64,000 nucleotides of DNA from Peribolospora baueri (lineage: Eukaryota), in contig JAMDHS010000100.1 in the NCBI GenBank assembly GCA_029717555.1, positions 1 to 64,000 on the forward strand, in the 5' to 3' direction. The position numbers were made by a program, and so were the translations under genes. How positions within the stretch are numbered: position 1 is the stretch's first letter; each line of letters starts with the position of its first letter. The notes under the pieces are model-generated. The model searched no databases. It saw nothing but the letters and a program-made list of their open reading frames with translations, and was not told the DNA's origin. Positions 38,849 through 49,115 of the stretch are shown in pieces.

Positions 38849-39198
38849 GGCGGCTGTATGGAGTATGGGCTGGGCACGTAAGCCGACGATGGTGGTTAGA
38901 GAAAGGCGAAGGTGTCGGGCCGTCGCGTCGAACGTCGCGCCCCGCGAACTGCTGCGGCAAGCGCCTCGCACGATTACCCCGCAGCGGCTCTTCCTTGATG
39001 CCCCCATCTCTTCCTGGCTTTGCACAGCGAGGGAGATCGAGCGGTCACAACCGAGCCACGTCGATCAACGTTGGAATAGTGTTCTTCCGTACTTTCCAAA
39101 AATAACTAATTGGCTGGTATTCTACTGAACTTTTGGTAGGAAACTTTTACTGCGAGACGGGAGATCCTTTGACATGGGAAGGTAGAACGTGAGGGAAA

Positions 39199-42100
39199 TT
39201 AGACACGGTAGTCTGCCGCTTCCAGAAGGGTAGGGATCTGGCAATGGAACAACAGGTGAAGAAAGGTTGCCGTCAGCTTCTGTATGAGCTTGAGTCTGGC
39301 GCGCAGCTCAGCTGGAGAACAAGTCATCCAAAGTCTAACTCACCACATTCGGCATCGCACGACTGGCTTCGGCCAGGCTGGCATTCAGGAACTTGGTCGG
39401 ATCGTCACCCGCCCAAGCGGCCGGATCAGCTTGAGCGGTGACTGACGCGCCAAGCTTGACGAAGGAGGCTTGGAACTCCGTCTCGTCAAAGTCGAGGAAG
39501 ATCTCTTCCGCCGCCGCTTGGTCGTTCTTCGTCAGCTGTCGAGGCTGCCGGCACAGCTGGACCAATGCTTGCAAAGTCTGGGGCCTGAGCGTTCGACCGG
39601 AGCGACATGTCAGCGTGCAAAGTGCGGTAACACATCGCCTCATTATGATGGCTCAGCTCGCACTTACCAGGCTCTAACTCGCGGCTCCTGCAACATGCTA
39701 TTTCCCTGGGTGAGAAGTCGTGCAAAGCCGACAATGACCACCTTGCGATCCCGCTCCGGCAGCTTCTGCAGCTCGGGCAGCACGATCCCTTGGAGAATCT
39801 GTTGGAACAGGCCTGGCTGTATAGATTCGTAGATGCCGACGAGGAAGTCTGGATCGAAACCATCGCGCCGAATTGCCAAGATATAGGCGTTGAAGTAAAT
39901 GAAGCCTTTGGTGAACTTGTCCGTCTTCGCCGTTTGCAACCGATTTAGGAGGAGCATGAAGATGGTCTTCAAAAAGGGCTGCAGGCCCGATCTGGCATAC
40001 ATACGAGTAGGAACAAGTATGGATCAGTCAAGATATTCTCGAAGAAACCTGGCAGGCGCTTGAGACAGCTTACAGCGGCAAGAACTCGAACAAAGCCTGC
40101 AACAACTCGAAACCGAATGTGTCGTTGATCCTGCTGCTGATTAGCCTTTGGTAGATGCCGAGGAGCGACTGCACCTGATTGTTAGCCACGAAACGGTCTG
40201 CGCCCCGGACGAGGAATGCGCGTAGAAGGCGGACGAGAGCAGGTACATTGCCACGCTGCTCCCACGGCTGGGGGGTGAGCAAAGGAGGGAGAATGGACAT
40301 GTAGAGCGGAGGCAGCTCCCCAGAACCTCGAAGCTCCAGCAGTTGGGATAAGATCTGGAAGACATAAGGCGCAAATTCTGTGGAACGAAGTGAAAACAAT
40401 CGATGAAGGTAAGGCTCAGGAAAGCGAAGACGCACATATGAGGTAGACAGCCACTAACCGACGGTGTCGCTCGTCAGGATGGTCTGGAATGAAGGCATAA
40501 GGGCAGCCTCAAATTCGGGAACCGCGTCGGCGTTCGTCGAGGCAACAAAGCGAATGAGCGCAGAAATCGATTCGAAGGTGAACTGGTTGAATTTAGGGTT
40601 GCTCGGGTTCTTGGAAATCTCCGTAACGATGCTGACGAGGTGGGACAAAACGTCGGAGAAGACTGGCAGAAGTGTCTGGCGTGCGGTCACAATGACGCGC
40701 ATGACACCTGACAAGTAAGAGATGACATTGGTGTACCGGTCAGCCTCCTCGTACGGGTTAGCGAGAGTTTGCGTACGCACATTTCATTAAGTAGTCGTTC
40801 TCAGCGATCTTCTCTGGTGTCCGGCCCTGCTCGATTTTCTTGAATAGGGCCATCAAAATGTTGTTCGCAAAGGGCCTCACGTCGGCCTGAGCGAAGAGCA
40901 GCTGACCGCCCTGCTTGATGAAAAGCACTCGCTCGATTGTGATAGCCGCATACGAGCATACGACATAGTTGGGTGACTCCAAGTGGTGCACCAGAAGAGG
41001 GAGGACTGACAAGAGTTGGTCCTTGGTGAGCTGTTAGAATAGACGCCGTGCACACTGGCAATCAGTTAACCCTGTCGGAATCTCAGGCGGCAACCAAAAC
41101 AAGCGCACCTGATTCCTAAACGTGTGCAAGTACTTGATGGCGTCCACAACGAGAATGGGAGTAGTCGCATCGCCCGTGCCCTGTAAATCGGCAAACACGT
41201 TGTCGGAGAAAAACTTGACTACGTCTACGCCGACATTCGTTGAGGTGACGCCCTGCGTGGCCGTGCTGCCGCGAGCCGCAATAGAGGTAAGGAGGTAGAT
41301 GGCTGTGTCTTTTTGCTTCCAGTTCGCCGCCGGAGAAGCATTATATTGCTACAGAACGCACATCGAAAACGTCAGTCAGAGACAGGGTGGAGCGCCGTTG
41401 GCTGCTCGGACACATTGCCCAGGAAGCCTTACCTGAAGGTAGAGACGGATGTATCGGCCGACAATGTTTGTCACCTGCCCCTCAAATTGCTCCATCAGCG
41501 CTTGGGTAAAGTCGGTAGCGGCCTTGCGGCGTGTGTCACTTTCAGTGCTCGGTTCAAGGTCTCGTCGAATGAACTCTATCGGGTCGTCCTCGAACAATTC
41601 CTCATCGAGAGCTATAAGAGTCAAATAAGAAAACGAGGTCAGTGACCTATCCATTTCCTGTCGACAAAGACAAGTAACTTGGACGTACTCCGGAACTTCA
41701 TATTCGGCAAGACGATCGCTTCGCAGAAGCGTTCGAGCGTGGCGTCATCTTGGAAGAGGTGGCGTTGGGAGGGTAAACGGACCACCGACGAAAGGAACCG
41801 CATGGCCTTGGATACCAGCTACAATTAAGGAAGGCAAAGATACCGGGGCGAGAAATGTATAGGTGAGCCTCTTCAACTGAAAACGCAAAGGGCAGGTCAC
41901 GCACCAAATCGTCCTTCGGGATTGGCTCACTCCCCGCCTCTTCCGCTCCCTTGCCCAGACCGATCAACATTTGCCAAACGTCTTGCACAAAGAGCGGCAA
42001 CTCCTTTTCTCCAAAAACGTCGAGATAACGCTGAGTATACAGTTCCGCAATCTCACAGACGGCGCTGCGGATGTTCTCAAGCGGACCGGGTGCCGCCTCG

Positions 42101-43182
42101 TCCGGGTCGGAAACGAGCTCGGGACGGGCGAAGGCGAGATATTTTCGGAGAATGGCCATCAGAGCGCTGTGGTTGTCTTCAAAGAAAGGAGGAAGGTCTT
42201 GCGAGTTGAGATCATAGAAGATTTGAAGGAGCAGATACATGGCGTTTGAGATGAGGGGAAGTTGATGTGCCGGCGTGGAAGGCTCGGAGAGCAGGGCATC
42301 GGTTCGCTGATAAAACGTAGAATGAGAAAGTTTTCAGCAAAACTTCCTGCTTTCCAGAACAGAGCTGCCTGAACACACCCGCAACAGCTCTCCATATGGC
42401 TCGCAGAACTTGGAGAGGACGAAGAGGATCTCCGAGTAGAGAGCATCACTCCTGAACATGCTACGCCATCGGCGAAAGATAGAGTGTGCCGTGTCCAGCA
42501 CCCCAACGTTAACTCCGTAATCGTCTGGGGATAGGTTGGACAGGAGCATCTACACAAGAGAATAAATAAGGGGAAGACAGACCGAACAGGAGGGGTCAGA
42601 TGAGAGCTCGAGTGGAAACGGAAATGTGGCAAGGACACTCACGTCGATAAGGTTATCCCACCGGTCTGGAAAGTCCTTCTCTGCAATGATGGACACCGCC
42701 TCTCCCACCTGTACCCTGAGTGAAGGAGCCGCCTGCGTTGATCCTTCTGTTGTGCGAGACAAAGCGATCATCAGCGGTACCAACTGTGCTTTGATGGCGG
42801 CTCGATCGGGCTCGCATATAAGGTTCAAATCTTCTTCCTGCAAATACAGAAAAAGAGAACATCAGCCATCACGTAAACGAACTCCGTCGGTGCGTCGACA
42901 GGCGACGGAGAGGAGGCGAATGAACATAAACGCGCGACCGCTCACCTCCCCCCAAGCCCTCCTGCACAAATTCTTGAAGTACAACGCAGCGGCCAAGCGT
43001 ACCGGGCCTCCGCCGGGAACGTTTGCATCTTCGACGAGGCTGAGAAGGAGGAGAGAGAAGCCCGGCTGGGACTCGCCGGCTGCGAGCTCGGTCTCAGCGC
43101 CTCGTCGGGTGGGCAGATCGGGCGAGAGTGAGGCGACGAGGAGACTCGCAACGCCTGAGCGCTGTGTGGGGTCTACGGACAT
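39199..43182 (-). CDS. CSE1: Exportin-2 (importin-alpha re-exporter); 3' end approximate
   Basis: RLAAALYFKN, DFPDRWDNL, FYDLNSQDLPPFFED, EELFEDDPIEFIRRDLE, ENDYLMKC, KNPSNPKFN, GNVPALVRLL. Confidence 0.95.
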
Positions 43183-43884
43183 GTTCGTTGCTGTATCGTG
43201 AGGTATCTGTGGTGAGGATGATGGGAAAGGGAATGTGGAAGAGTGCTGATGGGAGTGGCACGAAGACAAAGAAAGGAGAGCGTATGAACTGATCGACGTA
43301 TTTGACGCGTCCTGCTTTCTCAGCCACGTGACTTGCGACGACGACGGCGGACGGGGGACAACCGCAGCCCACCCCCGGCAGAGTGGCAGCACGTGACGTC
43401 ACGCACATTTCTACGGCGTTACATTTCTAGTTCAATACCTAGACCTTCTTCGTCTTTGACCATGGAAGGCAACAGGTTCTGCCCAAGATGTAGGAAAGAG
43501 GTCCCTCTCTGGTAAATGTTTTCTGACTCGACCAATGCGGCTTTTAGAGATGTCTGGTGCTTGAAATCAGTCTTAATGAGATTATGTTTCATTCTAATAT
43601 ATATAAAATCGTCGTTGCTTTTTTTGAGTTCTGATCGCTACTTTCCCTTTCCTTTTCCCGTAACAAGTGTCACCCCTCCCTCCGCGCCTCAGGCGTGCCT
43701 GGCGCGCCGCCCAAATGTGGCGATTGGTCATGGTAGCGTCTCACGGCGTCACGTGCTCCCTTCCGCTGCATTCGCCATGACCAAGAAAAATCATGGCCGG
43801 TCCAGTTGGACTCTTATATAGATCGAGCGCGCCCGTGTGTGTTCCGTCCGGTGTTGTTGACACTGTCGTATCGAACCTCTCATC

Positions 43885-44532
43885 ATGTAGGCAGTAGCTT
43901 ATTCTCAGTCGCCGTCGTTACCAGACGATACGCGCAACACGGACAAGGAGAAAGGCAAGCGCAAGGCGAAGGACGCAGAGGAGGTGAAATCTACACAACG
44001 CACGCTCGCGTGGATGGAGCCTGGCGCCAATAGACACGCCGTTTTCAATTTGCTCTTCGCTCTCCGCCACAGGATGCGGTCGTCTACGACGATCTTGAGC
44101 CAAAGCGGAAACGACGCAAGAAGGACGACTCGGTGAAGGAGGTGGATACAGGCAAGCAACAGAAGGGGAAGAGAATGAGGAAGCCGAAGGAAGAGGTCAG
44201 TCTGTCTGCGAGCCTTTGCATGCTCCCGTCGAGCCGTCTGAGCTTTTTCGTCGCTGTTTAGTTAAACTTGAACTTTTTTTTTTCTTCAGCAACACGTTAT
44301 ACGGGCCTGTCAGCGCTGCGGTGCGGTCGTCCCGCTGGACCGATCCGATGGCCGTCGAACCCGATGTGATGCGTGCCAGCGCGTTTCACAGCGACCCTGT
44401 CGACAGTGCGGACGGCTCTTCTCGGATCGGGGTACCCAGGTTACCCGCTGTCGGCACTGCCGAGCTCAAGATCTACCAGCGCCACGCACACGCGCCTGTA
44501 ATCTGTGCGGACGAAGATTAGGTGCTTACTGA
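43885..44532 (+). pseudogene. Three-exon Lys-rich / tandem CxxC gene remnant with nonsense codon at position 2
   Basis: TATATA at ~43816; ATG-TAG at 43885-43890; exons 43885-43983, 44073-44195 and 44290-44532 joined by phase-0 GT-AG introns; CQRC, CDAC, CRQC, CRHC, CNLC in exon 3. Confidence 0.6.
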
Positions 44533-44566
44533 CGATTAGGCCGGTGCGCTGACTGCCGCCAAACCA

Positions 44567-45060
44567 GTGACCGACAGACAGCGGTTGCCACTGGGATATA
44601 CCTCATCCATGCACAGCTGGAAGCCGCTGGAACTGGGCCGAATGACGGTCGAATGCCCGTCCTGTGCAGCGATGCACTGGGAGCGTGAGCTTCGACCCGT
44701 GCCTGGCGCTGGATTGGCCTGCTCTCCATGCTGCTGCTCCAACGGATCGGTCAGCCTGGATCCATTACCCACCCCTCCGCCGGCCGTGCAGGACCTCTTC
44801 GCCTCGAATTCGGCGCTGGCGCGGCGGTTTCGCGCGCACATTCGCCCCTTGAACACCGCGCTGTCGTACACTTCCATGTCCTACACGCCCGATCCCCGGC
44901 TGCGCCCGCACGAATTCAACTACATCTTCCAGCTGCAGGGCGCCATCTACCATCTCCAGGACCCGCTCCGAGGCGCCATGCCTGGCCACGGGCAGCTGTA
45001 CTTCCTGGACCCGAATGACGCCAACCAGATCCGCCTGGACCACTATCCCTCCATTGCTGC
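44567..45060 (+). mobile_element. Helitron RepHel N-terminal fragment
   Basis: LGRMTVECPSCAAMHWERE..CCSNGSVSL..PP..L..FRAHIRPLNTALSYTS..FQLQGAIYH..GQLYFLD fits the conserved pre-Rep region of Helitron proteins; truncated before the Rep and helicase domains. Confidence 0.88.
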
Positions 45061-45121
45061 GGATCTGGAGATCCGACATCGTCACCAGTTGCTCGTACGA
45101 GCTCTTCTTTGCTTGCAGAGC

Positions 45122-45350
45122 AAGCAATTGCGTCCTTTCTCAGTCATTTCCGTCATTGTGGTATCAATCCGGTTTACATGCACACCGACAAGGATTGGGG
45201 CAGAAATCATCGCTTGTAGATGTCTGCATTGGCAGATCACCGGTTACCCACCCTACAAGCGATGATTTCTGCCCCGGTCCTTGTCGGTGTGCATGTAAAC
45301 CGGATTGATACCACAATGACGGAAATGACTGAGAAAGGACGCAATTGCTT
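45122..45350. repeat. 98-bp inverted repeat with 33-nt spacer (arms 45122-45219 and 45253-45350)
   Basis: Arms are 96/98 complementary; a further inverted block pairs 45091-45122 with 45425-45458. Confidence 0.97.
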
Positions 45351-46268
45351 TTGTCTTCGCCTTTTTGGGAAGAGCTCTGGATGGAGGGAGCAAGAGGTAC
45401 CCAAGAGGATATCCTGCGCCGTCATGCTCTGCAAGCACAGAGAAGAGCTTGTACGAGCCACGGTTTGTGCGGTCTGAATGAGAATGGAGAAATTAGATGT
45501 CGACTTTTGTCTCTCCTTTCTCTGCAAGAAGGAACTCCGTAGTCCTCACAGGTCGCATCAAGTACGACCTCTTTTGTGTCCTTACAGCGCTTGACAATCT
45601 CCGGACAAGCCCAGGCAAGTGCATCGACCCCTGCAACCTCTACATCAAGCAACTCTGCCTTTCGTGATGCCATCACCTGCTGTCGTGCTGACTCCATTGA
45701 CCCGCTCTTCAGACCCTTAACTTGCCACTGCTTCCGTGACTTCACCATCCACCAAAACGCACTTGGGCCTTTGAAGCTTTCGCCAACAAGTTCTTCCCTG
45801 CCTTCTCCTTCCCTCCGTAAGTAATTATATAGCTGGAGCGGCGTCAGGTCGAGATTGCTGAAAATGTACTCCTTTTCAGAAGTTGGGATAGTCCTGTCGT
45901 GATAGGTATGTTCATGGTGGCGATGTCGGATCTTCAGAATGGCAAGCTGCTTCTCAATGTTGATGTTGATGTTGAGTTTGCCATGGCAGCGGACGAAGAC
46001 TTGTCGTGTGTTCATCATGCGCTTGCACTCATCTTCTGGTACAGGCCACTTACACTTGTCTTGATCCTGTGCACAGTAGTACCTCCAGTTTGGAGAGGTA
46101 TACGTGGCATCTCGGCCGTCATTGCTTTTAAATGAATGAAACACAATCTCATTAAGACTGATTTCAAGCACTAGACATCTCTAAAAGCCGCATTGGTCGA
46201 GTCAGAAAACACTTATATCCAGAAAGGGACTTCTTTCCTACATCTTGGGCAGAACCTTTGCCTTCCAT
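45220..46268 (-). pseudogene. Mutator-like (MULE) DDE transposase, frameshifted and 3'-truncated
   Basis: YYC..C.G.L..H.HH WRKY/GCM-like DNA-binding motif; removing intron 45474-45549 gives VVLDATYRTNRGSYKLFSVLAEHDGAGYPLGY; second Asp region HTDKD followed by a +1 frameshift before EIIAC. Confidence 0.85.
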
Positions 46269-46549
46269 GGTCTCAAAGACGAAGGAGGCGTAGTATTGAA
46301 GTAGTGCAGAAGGGAAAGGAGAAGTGGTCGGAGGAACAGAGAGTGCCGCGCGGGTAAGCGGCGATGTACGACGACGAAAAAGCGTGCAGAGCATCACGTG
46401 ACGGCACGTGCTGCCACTTTCCCGGGAGTGGGCTGCATTTTGTCGCAAGGCGTGGGAATTGCCGCAGCCTTTTGGAAATCCGGCCTTGGAAGCTTCCTTC
46501 TTCTGGATACACCGTCGTCTCATCTCGCCTCGTCTCGCCATCAGTAGTC

Positions 46550-48806
46550 ATGCCCGACGCCTTCTTCCAGCGCAAACGCAAGCGTGCGTCTACCTCGGGA
46601 ACGTCTAGGCCCAAACTTTCCGCGGGCAGATCGGCCCCAAAGCGACGAGCGAAGGACTCGGATCTGTCCTCCGAGGAGTCGGACGGTGCTGGGGATGGCA
46701 TCGCCGACCTCGATTTGCGGCATGACTTTGACGCCGTGGGCAGCGACGAGGAGGCAGAAGGAGAGGACAAGGAGACACCGCAGGAGACGAGGTTAAGATT
46801 GGCTAAGATGTACCTTGAAGGTCTTCAGCGGGATGTGGACGAGACAGAGGTTGATGCCGCTCAGATCGACCGCGATATCATCGCAGCTCGACTTCAAAAG
46901 GACGTGGTGAGTCTTCTTTCACTGCAGGCGAACCTGGACATCCTAATCACGATGGTTTTTAACTTCTTGTCCGATTCTTATCATTTTTTAGCTTGAGCAT
47001 GACGGAAAGATGCACCTTCGTCTCGCCGAGCAACTTGTTCCCCCCTCGCCGTCATCCCTACTCTCCACGCGCGGTCACCGCCTCTCAGTCACTTCCGCCG
47101 TTGCCTCCGACGACGGAAAGTCGCTCTTTACAGCCGGGAAGGAAGGGACCATTATACGTTGGAATCTCGATACGGGAGTGCAGACTACTCTATTCCCCCG
47201 AAGAGGGCAAGCAGTGGACGTAGTGAGGCACAAGGAGAAAAGATTAAGGGCAAAAGGCAAGGCTAACGGCGCCATGATAGACAAGACAGAGGAGGAAGAT
47301 CTGGAGCAGAGTCCCAAGCCTGCGCCCACCACCACTACCAACGGAGAGAGGTTCCGGGCTGTCCGAAGAACAGTAGCGCGCTCGGCGGACCAAGGCCACC
47401 AAGGCGAGGTTCTTACTCTCGCCATCAGCTCCGACGGAAAATGGCTGACCAGTGGGGGTCGAGACAAGAGGGTGGGGGTGTGGGACGTGGGAAAAATCGG
47501 AGAAGAGAGTTGGGTCCGTGGTTTCGGCGGGCACAAGGACGCGATAACCGTGAGTGCTTTGGCCAGCCTCGCGTTTGACGTGGCTTGAGATGACATTCAC
47601 TGCGTTCTACGGCATTTCTCCAGGCTTTGGTCTTTCGGTCAAGCTCCACGGAGCTTTTTACTGCCTGTCTCGACCGCACTGTCAAAGTCTTCGACCTCTC
47701 CCAAATGACTTACGTCGACACACTCTTCGGCCATCAGGACTCGATCCAAGACATCGACGCTCTGCAAGCCGAAACAGCCGTTACTGTGGGTGGAAGAGAT
47801 AAGACGGCGCGTTTCTGGAAGGTACGAGACGAGAGCCAGCTCGTGTTTCGTGGAGGAGGGCGGAGCAAGGTCAGAGAGGTGATCGAGGGAGGAGGCGAGG
47901 ACATGGAAGAAATGCTGGAGGAGGCCGAGGGTGGACCGGCGGAGGATGGAGAGCCAGCACAAGCAGCAAAGAAGGCAAAACCAACTTCGAATACTGTCAA
48001 GTTCGTGGAAGGCAGTATCGACTGCGTGGCCATGATCGACGAGAGCAACTTTGTAACAGGAGGTGACAGCGGGTGCGTCATCGTTTCGTTATCGCCTTCA
48101 AGAGCCTTACAGCGTGGTTGCTAATCCTGACCCGCTTTGTTTTTTAGATCGCTTTGCCTGTGGAACATCGGCAGAAAGAAACCAGTGTTCACTTACGCAC
48201 TTGCTCATGGCCTTCATGAGCACGTCAGCGAGACGGAAGGTGTGGTTGGCACTCCTCGATGGATCACGGCCGTTGCAGCCCTCCGATACGGAGACGTATT
48301 CGCAAGCGGTGCGTGAGGCGGACGGTACCCAAGCTTATCGCTCACCGGAAGTCAGGGTCTCATCCTGTGTCGTCATTTTTATTTTAATTTTTTATTTCTC
48401 CGCAGGTTCTTGGGAGGGCATGGTCCGGTTATGGGCCATCCAGCCATCCCTCCGCTCCTTCTCCCCACTCTTCGAGGTGCCGGCCGTCGGCTTCGTCAAC
48501 TCTCTTCAATTCGTCCTTCCGCCTCCTCCGAATGCCATCTTGCCAGATCGGTGGTCACGCCGGAAGCCACGAGACGGCGAGGCTTCCACACGCCAGAACG
48601 AGACGTCGACGGTGCTTGAGAATCAGGGAGAACCTGAGACCGGCGAACGAGTAGGGCAGGAAGGCAGTCTGATCACCAAAGACGGCACTCCAGCACCGGT
48701 CCTGGTCATCGGCGTTGGGCAAGAACATAAGACGGGACGGTGGATGCGCATCAAGGAAGCGAGGAACGGCGCGATCGTCGTACCGTTCCGCTTCAAGACG
48801 TCGTAG
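46550..48806 (+). CDS. RRP9: U3 snoRNP-associated WD40 protein
   Basis: MPDAFF..KRKR, ETPQETRLRLAKMYL, IAARLQKDV, GHKDAIT, YVDTLFGHQD, TVGGRDKTARFWKV..SQLVFRGG, EGSIDCV, GQEHKTGRW. Confidence 0.95.
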
Positions 48807-49115
48807 ACATACGGTAGAAGGACCTGTCACGCATCAAAGCTTTCCCTCATCGATTCGCTCGTGTCGTTCTATTAGCACACTGCATGCCATATTGTCCTGA
48901 CACAGTACGAGCAACGACTTTGAACCACATCTGCCCCACCATCCGTTTGAAGTCAGCAACGGAAACAGATGTCCTCGGACCCCAATTAGAGAGGAGACGG
49001 AATGGATTTCAGAGTCATACATAAGCTACTGACGGTAGGAGAAGAGGTAAGAACAGAGGACGCAGACATGCCGACAGCCTAGAGGGGCCCGACAAACACA
49101 ACGCCTTCACGATGT

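Larger units (their letters stand above)
43364..46436. mobile_element. Degenerate MULE-derived foldback/composite element bounded by long inverted repeats
   Basis: 43364-43403 matches the reverse complement of 46397-46436 (36/40); 43427-43594 matches the reverse complement of 46134-46304; central inverted repeat at 45122-45350; MULE transposase remnant inside; no target-site duplication recognised. Confidence 0.75.

Noticed and set aside
43340..46460. Target-site duplication flanking the MULE-like island
   Set aside because: No matching 8-11 bp direct repeat was found outside the inverted repeats
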